Origin: a virus
Lineage: Duplodnaviria; Caudoviricetes
Reading direction: 5' to 3' (one strand)
Length of the DNA stretch: 36,820 nt
Virus record (IMG/VR): IMGVR_UViG_3300032084_000368
Location: 1-36,820 of that record
Shown here: in pieces, positions 1 to 9,868 of the stretch
Layout: each line of letters starts with the position of its first letter
How positions within the stretch are numbered: the stretch's first letter is position 1
Program-made: the position numbers and the translations under genes
The notes under the pieces: model-generated
The model's input: the letters and a program-made list of their open reading frames with translations, nothing else
Databases searched by the model: none
Told to the model about the DNA's origin: nothing

Positions 1-34
1 TTAGCTAAACCAGAACCTAAGGAGGAAGTATAAC

Positions 35-1201
35 ATGGCAGTATTACCGTTTTTAATTGGTGCATTAGGTGCAAGAAATAGAATTGCTGATGATCAAGAT
101 GAATTAGCAGGTACAATTATAGATACAGTATCCAGTAATTACTTTGCAGAATCTAGTGCTAATAAAAATAAAATTAAAGCTCAGGGTAAAGTCTATGATC
201 AACTAACTACTATGTATCCAGTGCAAGTAGTTGAAGCATTTGGTCATGCAGGTTTAATTACTGATAATATGAAAGAAACATTAAGTATAATTCAAAACAC
301 AGTAAAACCTGAAGCAATAGAAAATTTAAAAAATTTAAAACCTGAAGATCTTAAATTTGTATTTAAAAATAATAACTCAGCTATGGTTGAAGCAACATCT
401 TCAAAAGAAAATACTGTTGCTAGTAATTTAAATAGAGGTCAACTTAAAAATTTATCTGATTTATATTTTGGTAATGAGCTTAAAACAGGTGCATTAGATA
501 CTACTAGAAAGTTTTTATTTGGCGGGCCAGTTATAAAACAAGGAGACGTAGCTCCAGCTATGTTACAATTAGAAAAAGAAACAGATAAGATTCAACCTGA
601 TTTAGAAAAACCTGATGATAATATATTAGAAGCATTTGCTAATGTACCTGGTGGTCCTCTAATTACAGCAGGTAGTGGCTCAGATACGGGTGTAAGTGCT
701 TCAGAATTTAGAATAAGATTTAATTCAACTGTTGATAATACCATGACTAGTTTAGGTTTAGATGGAAAATATACTAGAGATGTAAATGGGAATATAGCTA
801 CTAGTGACTTTACTGACTTGGAAGGGTCAAAATTTGCATATGTTACTGATTTAGTAAATGCAACTTTTAATTCACCTGGTTTTGATTTTAATCAATTTGG
901 TGGGCTATCAGCAAGCGTTGCTAATATAGTTAAAAATAATGATCGATTAATTAGTAACTCATTAAAGAAATTTAAAATGTCACCAACTTCTATAATGCCA
1001 ATAATTGACAAAGAAGTTGATGGTAAAAAAACACAACAATTTAATCAGAGTGGTTATGATCAATTTACTGCAATGAATGCTGAATTAATAGCAAGATTCT
1101 TAAATAGTAAATCTTTAGCGTATAGAGAATATGTAATTTCTAATTTTGGATTTAGACAATATTGGGATAAACTTCTTGAAGATGCAATCCCTGCGGATTA
1201 A
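35..1201 (+). CDS. Probable internal virion/structural protein of unknown function
   Basis: 388-aa ORF with an AGGAGG Shine-Dalgarno at 20-25, directly upstream of a very large virion-like protein. No catalytic motif recognised. Confidence 0.55.
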   Translation: MAVLPFLIGALGARNRIADDQDELAGTIIDTVSSNYFAESSANKNKIKAQGKVYDQLTTMYPVQVVEAFGHAGLITDNMKETLSIIQNTVKPEAIENLKNLKPEDLKFVFKNNNSAMVEATSSKENTVASNLNRGQLKNLSDLYFGNELKTGALDTTRKFLFGGPVIKQGDVAPAMLQLEKETDKIQPDLEKPDDNILEAFANVPGGPLITAGSGSDTGVSASEFRIRFNSTVDNTMTSLGLDGKYTRDVNGNIATSDFTDLEGSKFAYVTDLVNATFNSPGFDFNQFGGLSASVANIVKNNDRLISNSLKKFKMSPTSIMPIIDKEVDGKKTQQFNQSGYDQFTAMNAELIARFLNSKSLAYREYVISNFGFRQYWDKLLEDAIPAD

Positions 1202-1203
1202 TT

Positions 1204-4200
1204 ATGTCTAGTGAAAATTTTGATGCAACAACACAATCTAATGAGGTTAGATCTTTTTCGGAAGAAGAAATAAAAAATTTCTTTAAGAAAAGATTTGGAG
1301 AGATTAAAGCTACACCACCATCTAATGTAAAACTTGTGGATAAAGATGATGATGGTAATAGTAAATATGTGTTTGATAAAGATGCAGAGAATAGCATTTA
1401 TAAAGATCAACAATTAATTGATACTGCTAGAGCTTACTACTATGAAAGAGACGGTTTAAATTTTAAAACAGATGGGGGTGTTGTTGATAAGTTTATAAAT
1501 GATAGAACTTGGAAACAGGCAAATACTTATAGTATTGGTAAAGAATTAATTTATGCAACATCTGAAAGTGTTAGTGATGACCAGAAAAGAAGATTAGCAT
1601 ATCTAACAGATTATTGGGATGCTCTTCCTAATTTTTATGAAGCTGGTGGTAGAGGTTATATTGATGGTATTATATCAAACTTCGTTAAAGGTATTGTTGA
1701 TCCTACAAATTTAATTGGTCCTGGTGTAGCAAAAGCTACAATTGGAACAGCTGTATCACAAGCTGCAAAAAAAGGTGTAGATATAACTACTAAATCTGTA
1801 TTAAGAAAATCTATAGCTTATGGAACAGGTGCTATGTTTGCAACTGATGCAGCAGTAGGTGCTAGTGTTGATTTAGCAATACAAGCAACTGAAAAAGAAT
1901 TACAATTAAGAAATACTTACGATCCAAAAAGAATGTTTACATCAGCTATCATTCAAGGTGGTGTAGGTATTCTACCAGGACTACCTTATACATATGGTGC
2001 TGCAAAAACAAAAATTGAAGAAGCTGGTATAAAAAAATTTTTAGATAAAGCTGCACAATTTGCATTTGATTATGCACACCCTTTAAAAGAATTAAATAAT
2101 AGACTGTATGGTGTAAAAGCTAACATAGAGGGATATAAAGTTAAAGGAAAAGAAATTGATAAACTACTAAAAGATTATGCTGGTGATAATCCTGATAACT
2201 CTTTAAGTACAAAAATAAATAAGTATTTTAAATTAGACAATAGTGATTTAAGTGGTGGTGCAGGATTAGCTTTATCAAAAAAAGAAATTAGATTACTATC
2301 AGGTAAAGGTAAAGATACAAATTACTTATCTCACAGAGATCCTGGAGACTATGGTTATGTTTTGCTTAGACAACTTGCAGCTACATTTGCAAAAGCAGAA
2401 TCAGCTATAGTAGAAACTGGAAAAGTAACTTTACCTGTAACAGCATCTAGAAATTCAGTTGGTAAAGATTTAGGTATAGTTGTAAAGGGTGGTATGGAAG
2501 CCACAGATACTAAGCCCTTATTAAAAATATACGAATCAATTTCAGATTTAAAACTAGTTCCACAGTTTAATAATTACATTCAAGCGAGACGTTCACAAAT
2601 ATTAAATAATAGAGGTATTAAAACCTCTATGTCTAAACAAGATATTGAAAAAGCAATTGGTGAATATAATAAATTAAATTCAAATCAAAAACCATTATTT
2701 GATCAAGGTATAATAGAATTAAGGCAGTTTAGTAAAACTATGCTTGAATTACATAGAAGGGTTGGTATTATTTCTGATAAAGAATTTAATGCAATATTAA
2801 GAGCAAATCCTATCTATGCACCATTCTACACTAAAACACTTGATGCCACAATTAAAGATTTACAAGTGCTGGCAAAAATAAAAGAAGGTAGAACACCTAC
2901 GGCAATAACTGGTAAAGAACCTGCACCTACAAAAGGTGGAGTTAAAGGTCCTGTAAAATTTGAAATAACAGGTAGTGATAAAGAAGTTTTACCATTGCAT
3001 GAAGCATTTATGAAATATACTTTCTATGCCTACCAGGCATCAGAAAGAAACTTAGCTAAGTTAAGAGTATATGACGAAATTAATGAAGCTGTAGGTAGAG
3101 GTATATTTGAAGCAGGTGAAATAATTAGACCTGTAAAAAGAGTTGAGTTTGCAAAAGTATTAAAAAAACCTTTAATAAAAGCTATTGAAGAAGAGGCAGC
3201 TACTAGAGGTATAAAATTTAGTAAGAGATTAAGTTCAGAATTATTTGAAGGTGAAGATGCTATAAAAGTTATGTCACTTAAAAATAATTTTAAATTAGAT
3301 GATGGTAGAATTATAGATTTAGTTTATAAAAATGGAAAACTAAAAGCATATGAAATAGTAAAACCTGAATATGTAGATATGTTTAAATCTATAGGTGGTG
3401 TTACAGCTACATATATGAATAAGTTTGGTAATGAATTTTTAAATAAACTTATTCGTGGTGGTAATTTTAGAGGTAATACTAAAACAGGTAAAACTGCAAT
3501 AGCAATACGAGAAGTATCAAGAGCTTTTCCTAATTTTATTACACATAGTCCACCTTTTATTGCATTCAATGGTATTAGGGACACATTATCAGGCAGTGTA
3601 AATAGTGCATTTGGTTTTAATGCTTTAGGATTTTTTCCTGGATTAGATACTGCAATTGGATTAGGTAAAGGTTTTAATCCAACTAAAGCTATAGCAAAAG
3701 AATTACTTGGAACATTAAATCCAAAAGATCCTAACTTTTTAAAATTAATTCGTGGATTTAAAAATGCATTTCAAGTAAGTGATTATTACAGAAGAATGTT
3801 AAATGCAGGTGGTGGTTTTTCTGGTAGAAGAGATACAGAAAGATTATTAAGTAATTTAAATAGAAAAATAAAAAATGCAGATATTACTGCAAAAGATAAA
3901 AGTGCATATCAAAAATCTATTAATGGACTAAGAGAAATATTTTATTTTGGTGCTGATTTAGTTAAAGGTTATGGTCAGTTAGTTAATAGGGTAGAATATG
4001 CATCTAGACTAGGTGAATTTAATTTAGCTAAAAAAGCAGGAATGAGTGATAGAGTAGCTTCTTTCGCTGGTAGAGAAATATCAACTGATTTTGGAATGCA
4101 TGGTGCAAGCGTGGGATTAAATGCTTATAATAGAGTTACTATGTTTTTTCAAGCTAGTTTAAATGGATTTTATAGAGGAATATTAAGAAGACCTTTTGAA

Positions 4201-5445
4201 AGTCCAGGTAAATACGCTGCAGGTGTAGCAGCTACAGTTGTTGTTCCTGAATTAGTATTTTGGACACTTGCTAATGAAACTCCAGAGTATCAAGAATTAA
4301 GTGAAGATATAAAATTATTACACTATACAATACCTGTATATATGGAAGATCAAACAGATGGATCCCATCTTAGACTAATGCCTGATGGTAGCAGACAAAG
4401 AAAAATAAAACATTTTTTATTAATTCCAAAACCATATGACTTAGGTGCATTTGCAAATATATTTAGAGGTATTGCAGAAGGTGTACAAGAAGGTAATCCT
4501 CAAATAATAGTTCAATACTTCTTTGCATCTATTGCAAAAGTATTTCCAGGATTAGTTAAGCCTACACTATTATCACCTGTTATAGACTTATATATAAATA
4601 AAAATTATAAAAATAATCAAATCATACCATATTATAAAAGTAAAGGATTATTTAGAGATTCAATGGTTAATAGTAACACAAGGCCATCGGCTATTAAACT
4701 TGCAGGTTTTATAAATGAAATGTATAACTCAGCAGATTCATCTGTATTTTCTGATACAGGTGTTAGCCCACTAACAATAGATTATTTAATAAATAATTAC
4801 TTCGTAGGACTTTTACAATTTGCACCTGATATATCAGATGCTAAATTAGCTTGGGATGATAAAGCATATGGTCCAATGCCAGAAAAAAGAATTGATGAAA
4901 ATGATGTAGTTAATAATATATTTTCTATTATAACTAGAAGATTTGTAGCAAAAGCAACACCTACTAAATTTAGTGAAAATGTTTCATTAATATATACATT
5001 AAAAGCTAAAGCAGAAAAAATTACTTTAGATAAAAATAATGCATCAACTAATCTTATAAAAATTGCAAGAGATGGTGGAATAGATGTAGATAAACTTAAA
5101 GATGAAAGAGTACAGGATGCTGAGAGAGCATTACCAATGTTAACAACTGCAATACAAACAATTCAAGATTTAAGAGAATTAAGAGAAAGTGTTAAATTTA
5201 AAAAATTTGATTCTAATGGAGTGCCTTTAACAGCAGAAAGAAAATTAGAACTAATGGACAATTATAAAACACAAGAAAATCAATTAGCATTTAATGTATT
5301 AAAAGATATTAAAGAACTTAAAGATCCTACATTCTTTGTTAATTATTTCGGCACAAAAACTTACAAAGAATATAATAAAAAGAATATTAAAACTAGAAAA
5401 ATACAAAAAGTATTTGGAGATATTCAAACAAAGATATTTAATTAG
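1204..5445 (+). CDS. Large internal virion (ejection) protein with a C-terminal LPD38-like region
   Basis: 1413 aa, helical-looking, just before the lysis genes. C-terminal motifs (RLGEF...GREISTDF, TMFFQASLNG, HFLLIPKPYDLG) resemble the LPD38 domain of phage large polyvalent proteins. Confidence 0.7.
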   Translation: MSSENFDATTQSNEVRSFSEEEIKNFFKKRFGEIKATPPSNVKLVDKDDDGNSKYVFDKDAENSIYKDQQLIDTARAYYYERDGLNFKTDGGVVDKFINDRTWKQANTYSIGKELIYATSESVSDDQKRRLAYLTDYWDALPNFYEAGGRGYIDGIISNFVKGIVDPTNLIGPGVAKATIGTAVSQAAKKGVDITTKSVLRKSIAYGTGAMFATDAAVGASVDLAIQATEKELQLRNTYDPKRMFTSAIIQGGVGILPGLPYTYGAAKTKIEEAGIKKFLDKAAQFAFDYAHPLKELNNRLYGVKANIEGYKVKGKEIDKLLKDYAGDNPDNSLSTKINKYFKLDNSDLSGGAGLALSKKEIRLLSGKGKDTNYLSHRDPGDYGYVLLRQLAATFAKAESAIVETGKVTLPVTASRNSVGKDLGIVVKGGMEATDTKPLLKIYESISDLKLVPQFNNYIQARRSQILNNRGIKTSMSKQDIEKAIGEYNKLNSNQKPLFDQGIIELRQFSKTMLELHRRVGIISDKEFNAILRANPIYAPFYTKTLDATIKDLQVLAKIKEGRTPTAITGKEPAPTKGGVKGPVKFEITGSDKEVLPLHEAFMKYTFYAYQASERNLAKLRVYDEINEAVGRGIFEAGEIIRPVKRVEFAKVLKKPLIKAIEEEAATRGIKFSKRLSSELFEGEDAIKVMSLKNNFKLDDGRIIDLVYKNGKLKAYEIVKPEYVDMFKSIGGVTATYMNKFGNEFLNKLIRGGNFRGNTKTGKTAIAIREVSRAFPNFITHSPPFIAFNGIRDTLSGSVNSAFGFNALGFFPGLDTAIGLGKGFNPTKAIAKELLGTLNPKDPNFLKLIRGFKNAFQVSDYYRRMLNAGGGFSGRRDTERLLSNLNRKIKNADITAKDKSAYQKSINGLREIFYFGADLVKGYGQLVNRVEYASRLGEFNLAKKAGMSDRVASFAGREISTDFGMHGASVGLNAYNRVTMFFQASLNGFYRGILRRPFESPGKYAAGVAATVVVPELVFWTLANETPEYQELSEDIKLLHYTIPVYMEDQTDGSHLRLMPDGSRQRKIKHFLLIPKPYDLGAFANIFRGIAEGVQEGNPQIIVQYFFASIAKVFPGLVKPTLLSPVIDLYINKNYKNNQIIPYYKSKGLFRDSMVNSNTRPSAIKLAGFINEMYNSADSSVFSDTGVSPLTIDYLINNYFVGLLQFAPDISDAKLAWDDKAYGPMPEKRIDENDVVNNIFSIITRRFVAKATPTKFSENVSLIYTLKAKAEKITLDKNNASTNLIKIARDGGIDVDKLKDERVQDAERALPMLTTAIQTIQDLRELRESVKFKKFDSNGVPLTAERKLELMDNYKTQENQLAFNVLKDIKELKDPTFFVNYFGTKTYKEYNKKNIKTRKIQKVFGDIQTKIFN

Positions 5446-5447
5446 TT

Positions 5448-5663
5448 ATGGCTAAGCAACCCAAAACAACTAGTGAACACTTAATATCCATTTACGGATA
5501 TATAACAGGGTTGAAAAGAGATATCAACACAATAAAAAATAACCACCTCAAACACTTGCACCAAGACGTAGAATCCTTACATAGTAAAATAGATAAACTA
5601 TTATATATTATTGTAGGTGGTCTAGGTGCTACAATATTAACACTATTAGGACTATTTATATAA
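5448..5663 (+). CDS. Small coiled-coil protein with C-terminal TM helix (holin/XhlA-like lysis accessory)
   Basis: IKNNHLKHLHQDV coiled coil followed by LLYIIVGGLGATILTLLGLFI; TAATG-coupled to the amidase. Confidence 0.6.
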   Translation: MAKQPKTTSEHLISIYGYITGLKRDINTIKNNHLKHLHQDVESLHSKIDKLLYIIVGGLGATILTLLGLFI

Positions 5664-6091
5664 TGGACAAAAGACAAATAACTGATACAATAGTAATACA
5701 TTGTACACAAACTCCTGCAGATATGGATGTTGATGTAGCTAAAGTTACAGAGTGGCATACACAAAGAGGATTTGATACAATAGGATATCACTATTTAATT
5801 AAAAGAGATGGCACATTACAAACAGGTAGAGATGAAGATCTTGTAGGTGCACATGCAGTCGCAGTTAATGGTACATCAATAGGTATAGCATTAGCTGGCG
5901 GTGGCACAGCTGATATGGGTTGGGAGAATAACTTTACACCTGTACAGTTTGATACATTAAAAAGTATCATATTAAAATTAAAAGACAAATACGACATAGA
6001 AAAAATTATAGGTCACTATCAGGTAGAGGCATCTAAAGAATGTCCTTCATTTGATGTGCCAGGATGGTTAATAAAAAATGGCGTGGTTTAG
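5663..6091 (+). CDS. Endolysin, N-acetylmuramoyl-L-alanine amidase (T7 gp3.5-like, Amidase_2)
   Basis: IVIHCT, IGYHYLIKRDG, GAHA, SIGI, IIGH and KECPSFDV motifs supply the His/His/Cys zinc ligands. Confidence 0.95.
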   Translation: MDKRQITDTIVIHCTQTPADMDVDVAKVTEWHTQRGFDTIGYHYLIKRDGTLQTGRDEDLVGAHAVAVNGTSIGIALAGGGTADMGWENNFTPVQFDTLKSIILKLKDKYDIEKIIGHYQVEASKECPSFDVPGWLIKNGVV

Positions 6092-6464
6092 TTTATTAAA
6101 GATGGGCATCCAAGCAGGAAGCCACATTTATAAAAAAAGACAAGAAACTAAGATGGCTATGGCTGATGCACAGCATATGCATGCAGCTAAGATGGCCCGT
6201 GGTGAGGAGGCTTACCAGGGTAAACTCTTAGAAGCTAGACAATCTGACTGGAAAGACGAAGCGGTCCTTATTATATTGTCAGCTCCAATAGCTGTACTTG
6301 CATGGGCAGTCGTAAGTGACGACCCCGAAGCGATGGACAAAGTAAAATTATTTTTTGAATACTTCTCGGCACTTCCAAGTTGGTTTACCAACCTGTGGAT
6401 TCTTGTCGTAGCTAGTATTTATGGTATAAAAGGTACACAGATTTTCCGTAACGGAAAAAAATAA
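6078..6464 (+). CDS. Holin-like membrane protein (3TM/GTA-release-holin-like)
   Basis: SDWKDE motif, hydrophobic segments, LPSWF, and a C-terminal ASIYGIKG; overlaps the endolysin. Confidence 0.7.
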   Translation: MAWFSLLKMGIQAGSHIYKKRQETKMAMADAQHMHAAKMARGEEAYQGKLLEARQSDWKDEAVLIILSAPIAVLAWAVVSDDPEAMDKVKLFFEYFSALPSWFTNLWILVVASIYGIKGTQIFRNGKK

Positions 6465-6715
6465 TGTCTAAATCAGAATACCAGGATCTCATAGCTGAGT
6501 ATAAAGAGCAGATCAGAATCTTAAAACAAGAGGTTGCTGAACTACAAGATGCTGGTAAATCTAAAGATTCTGCTAATAAAAGAACATTACAGAAACTAGA
6601 AAATGTTACAGATGATTTAGAGAAAGCACAAGAAGAAATTAAAAAATTAACCCAACAACTAGAGGAAAAACCCTATGAAGAAGATAATACAAAAGATAAA
6701 GGATCTTTGGAATAA
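6464..6715 (+). CDS. Coiled-coil hypothetical protein
   Basis: Heptad-rich 83 aa; TAATG-coupled to the holin. Confidence 0.6.
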   Translation: MSKSEYQDLIAEYKEQIRILKQEVAELQDAGKSKDSANKRTLQKLENVTDDLEKAQEEIKKLTQQLEEKPYEEDNTKDKGSLE

Positions 6716-6752
6716 ATTTATTAACTGGTACTCATCAGGCTTTAATAAATAA
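6675..6752 (+). CDS. 25-aa cationic amphipathic peptide MKKIIQKIKDLWNKFINWYSSGFNK (not in ORF track)
   Basis: GAGG at 6662-6665, ATG at 6675, TAA at 6750-6752 ending 1 nt before the next ATG. Confidence 0.6.
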   Translation: MKKIIQKIKDLWNKFINWYSSGFNK

Positions 6753-6753
6753 T

Positions 6754-7359
6754 ATGGCGATACGAATTTTAATTATAGCCTTGGTGTGCCTATATAGCAC
6801 TATATTATTTGCTGATACTACACAGAACAACACAAGCGGATCTAATACTTCGATAACAGGTGGCTATACAAATGCTACAACGTATGAATCAGGTAGTTCA
6901 TCTAGTTCTACAACAACAAACAATTCTACATCGAATATAAGATCAGCACCCCCAACAGCTTCAGCCCCTAATGTAGGTGCAGGTGGTATGGATATTTGTG
7001 CTGTAGGTGCATCAGCTGGAGTACAGACTTTTGGTTTAGGTGTATCGGGTGGTAAACATTTTAGAGATAAGAATTGTGAAAGAATTAAATTAGCAAGAGA
7101 ATTATCTAATCAAGGTATGAAAGTTGCAGCAGTATCTATGTTATGCCAAGATGAAAGAGTTTTTCAGGCTATGCATCATGCAGGTACACCTTGTCCTTTT
7201 GAAGGCAAGATAGGTAAAGAAGCTACAAATGCATGGCAAAAATATGACAAACTAAGACCTGACTATGATTTATATGTTAAAGAACTAAAAATTATAGAGG
7301 AGGCAAATGAAAAAGCTAATAGTATCATTATTGATCCTGTTATCGACAACACTAAATAG
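6754..7359 (+). CDS. Secreted Cys-containing protein of unknown function
   Basis: Signal peptide (..ILFA|DT), Ser/Thr-rich linker, then a globular part with four Cys (DIC, NCER, LCQD, PCP). Confidence 0.7.
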   Translation: MAIRILIIALVCLYSTILFADTTQNNTSGSNTSITGGYTNATTYESGSSSSSTTTNNSTSNIRSAPPTASAPNVGAGGMDICAVGASAGVQTFGLGVSGGKHFRDKNCERIKLARELSNQGMKVAAVSMLCQDERVFQAMHHAGTPCPFEGKIGKEATNAWQKYDKLRPDYDLYVKELKIIEEANEKANSIIIDPVIDNTK

Positions 7360-8638
7360 TGCTGAAACGACTACTCAAAATCTCCTGGATACGAACTTTG
7401 ATAACGGAGGTTGGTCGGGAACTGCCGATGGTAGGCATGGTAGTAGCGTTATCGCTGCTGAGCATGATGTTTATATCGAGTCTAGTTCTATTAGTCTTAG
7501 AACTGATGCGTCTTTAACTGAAGAACAAATTCAATACGGTTTTACAACAAATCACAGTTTTGAGTATTGGCATTGGAATACTTATGGATCCACTGTACAA
7601 TCAACACAAACGATAATAGGAGCAGATGGTGAAACAATCACACAAATTAGAACTTATAATAGCACTTCTTGTGGCTCTCTTAATTGTGGGTCTTATAGCC
7701 CTGGGTCTGACAGTGTGGTGGTACAATCAAATTTACAAACCGATTATGATGTTTCAGTTCGGTATGACTTCACAGATACTAGCTTTTCTACAACTTCTCA
7801 CTATGGGGTCGACTTACGAAATCCCTCCCTCACTGTAACATATGAATCTGATCCAATTGTTTTAGATAATACAACAACTGCATTTTTAAATTCTACCTTT
7901 GATGACATCACTGAAGATCTAAAGTTTGAAGATTTAAAATTTGAAGATAATTTTACTTTTGACGAACCTATGTTTGAAACATTTGATGAGCCTAAAATGG
8001 AAGAACCTAAATTAGAATCTTTTCAAACATTTGATGAGCCTAAAATGGAAGAATTTAAAGATGAGCCTACAATGGAAGAATTTGCAGATGATCCAATGAT
8101 GGAAGAATTTATTGAGGATATGCCAATGGAAATGGTAGAGGAGAAAGAAGAAAAACCTGTAGTAGAAGAATCAATAGAAGTTGTAGAAGATGAAAAACAA
8201 GAAGAAGGACCAGAAGAACTTAAAGAAGAATCCAGTAGCGAAGAGCCTACACAAACTGCAGAATCTGAAACAACAGGTGATACCAAACAAGAAAAAGAAA
8301 TACGACAGGCTAAAGTCCATTCAGCTCTTGTTAAAACTTTAGATAAAATTGATGAGAATATTAAAGATATAGACAAAAATTTACAAGCTAAAAATTTTGT
8401 AAAAATAAATGCAATGGTAGATAACTCTATATTATTAAATTATAATATACCATTCTATAAAGATAAAAAAATTTACGAAGAACAACTAAATATATTTGAT
8501 GATAGATTATTATATACTAAGACTTTGGGTGAATATCAACAAAGCGATCCAATATTTATCCAACAAAATATCATTAATGATATCAAAACTAAAAAAGAAA
8601 AACTACTAAGAGAAATAGAGGTATTAAACAATGGGTAA
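7307..8638 (+). CDS. Secreted protein with beta-rich N-domain, acidic repeat linker and C-terminal coiled coil
   Basis: Signal peptide MKKLIVSLLILLSTTLNSA; FDEPKMEE-type repeats; E-rich region. Confidence 0.75.
   Translation: MKKLIVSLLILLSTTLNSAETTTQNLLDTNFDNGGWSGTADGRHGSSVIAAEHDVYIESSSISLRTDASLTEEQIQYGFTTNHSFEYWHWNTYGSTVQSTQTIIGADGETITQIRTYNSTSCGSLNCGSYSPGSDSVVVQSNLQTDYDVSVRYDFTDTSFSTTSHYGVDLRNPSLTVTYESDPIVLDNTTTAFLNSTFDDITEDLKFEDLKFEDNFTFDEPMFETFDEPKMEEPKLESFQTFDEPKMEEFKDEPTMEEFADDPMMEEFIEDMPMEMVEEKEEKPVVEESIEVVEDEKQEEGPEELKEESSSEEPTQTAESETTGDTKQEKEIRQAKVHSALVKTLDKIDENIKDIDKNLQAKNFVKINAMVDNSILLNYNIPFYKDKKIYEEQLNIFDDRLLYTKTLGEYQQSDPIFIQQNIINDIKTKKEKLLREIEVLNNG
7977..8110 (+). repeat. Intragenic tandem repeats encoding (F)DEPKMEE
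   Basis: Exact 29-nt repeat AAACATTTGATGAGCCTAAAATGGAAGAA at 7977-8005 and 8025-8053; degenerate copies at 8060-8083 and 8087-8110. Confidence 0.85.
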
Positions 8639-8888
8639 AATAAAAGAACAGCTAGCAGGTATTGCAGCACTTATAGGTGTACTAGGTGCTATCGGTGCAG
8701 GTTTTGTTAAATATGGTGAGATACAAGAAAAAGTAAATAATATTGCAGAACCTTTTAATCCAGACCCAATTATGCAAGTAATGGGTACTAATCAAAAAGA
8801 TATTGCAGTATTAAAAAAAAGTATTGAAGTATTAGAATTAGAAATACAAGAATTAAAAGCAAGTAACAAAAACCCACTAGCAAACTAA
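8631..8888 (+). CDS. N-terminal TM plus coiled-coil membrane protein
   Basis: LAGIAALIGVLGAIGAGFV hydrophobic helix followed by a heptad segment; GAGG upstream. Confidence 0.7.
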   Translation: MGKIKEQLAGIAALIGVLGAIGAGFVKYGEIQEKVNNIAEPFNPDPIMQVMGTNQKDIAVLKKSIEVLELEIQELKASNKNPLAN

Positions 8889-8908
8889 TGGATAGATTAG
8901 CAAAATAA
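8888..8908 (+). CDS. 6-aa micro-ORF MDRLAK, possible translational-coupling relay
   Basis: TAATG overlap at both ends (8886-8890 and 8906-8910). Confidence 0.35.
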   Translation: MDRLAK

Positions 8909-8964
8909 TGGAACCTATTTGTTATATATTTCTTATGCTTTGGTTAATCGGGATAAGTAACTAA
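8908..8964 (+). CDS. 18-aa hydrophobic peptide MEPICYIFLMLWLIGISN
   Basis: TAATG overlap at both ends; one hydrophobic segment. Confidence 0.55.
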   Translation: MEPICYIFLMLWLIGISN

Positions 8965-9044
8965 TGGAAGTTACTATACCTTGGAATACTATTATAGCTG
9001 GATTGTTCATTGTTTGGATGATCCTATACACTTTGAGACCATAA
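8964..9044 (+). CDS. 26-aa single-TM peptide MEVTIPWNTIIAGLFIVWMILYTLRP
   Basis: TAATG-coupled start; the stop lies 4 nt before the next ATG. Confidence 0.6.
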   Translation: MEVTIPWNTIIAGLFIVWMILYTLRP

Positions 9045-9048
9045 AATT

Positions 9049-9717
9049 ATGTATTTAAACGCAAACATACCCCCAATAGAATGTTATGTAAGAGGTAATT
9101 ATCTGAGAGATCAAAAAGATTCTCATGATAAATACTTTGAATGTGTGGTATTTGGTTTTACATCAATACCAAAACAAGTACCTTTGTTTCATTATATGAT
9201 GACAGATGGTGGTATATGGTGGAGAGCACCTGTATCTGCATTTTGTAAAAAACCAGGTGTAAAAGAGTTACCTTTAAATGAATTAATGTTATGGGATTCT
9301 TTTAGTTATAATGTAAGTGTAACTAAATTTTATCAAATGGATGGATGTAAAATGATATATACATCTAGAAGAAAGAAACAAAGAGAAGGTACATATTTAT
9401 TTACTATTGATTGGTGTGCTGGAGACTATAATGAATTAGATTTTGGTTATGCAGAAAAACCTGATCAACATAAGTGTGGACATGTAATAGAATTAGACGA
9501 TGGTAACTACGCAATACAACCCAACAATAGATTAAGAATCTTTGATCCATCAATGGCAGCAGACCCATCAAAACCTTTAATACATAGACTAGTTAATACT
9601 AGAATATGGTCTGTAGAAGACACATCAAAATGGATAACTGATGAGAATCAAGAAGGAAGTTATGATTATGAATATAAGGAGATAAAAGATGGCGAAGAAA
9701 AAGTCAACAGTAAATAA
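9049..9717 (+). CDS. Conserved-looking phage hypothetical protein (beta-rich)
   Basis: 222-aa ORF; the YLFTIDW...QHKCGHVIELDDGNYAIQPNNRL motif looks like a conserved family. Function unknown. Confidence 0.7.
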   Translation: MYLNANIPPIECYVRGNYLRDQKDSHDKYFECVVFGFTSIPKQVPLFHYMMTDGGIWWRAPVSAFCKKPGVKELPLNELMLWDSFSYNVSVTKFYQMDGCKMIYTSRRKKQREGTYLFTIDWCAGDYNELDFGYAEKPDQHKCGHVIELDDGNYAIQPNNRLRIFDPSMAADPSKPLIHRLVNTRIWSVEDTSKWITDENQEGSYDYEYKEIKDGEEKVNSK

Positions 9718-9868
9718 AGCAGGTAACTATACTAAGCCAGGCATGAGAAAAAGAATGTTTAATGCTATAATGGCTGGGTCAAAAGGCGGAAAGCCTGGAC
9801 AATGGAGTGCGAGAAAGGCTCAACTTTTAGCAGCTAGATATAAAAAAGCTGGCGGAGGTTACAAGTAA
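9689..9868 (+). CDS. 59-aa basic protein, N-terminal half of a DUF5872-like protein (not in ORF track)
   Basis: AAGGAG RBS; MAKKKSTVNKAGNYTKPGMRKRMFNAIMAGSKGGKPGQWSARKAQLLAARYKKAGGGYK. Confidence 0.85.
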   Translation: MAKKKSTVNKAGNYTKPGMRKRMFNAIMAGSKGGKPGQWSARKAQLLAARYKKAGGGYK

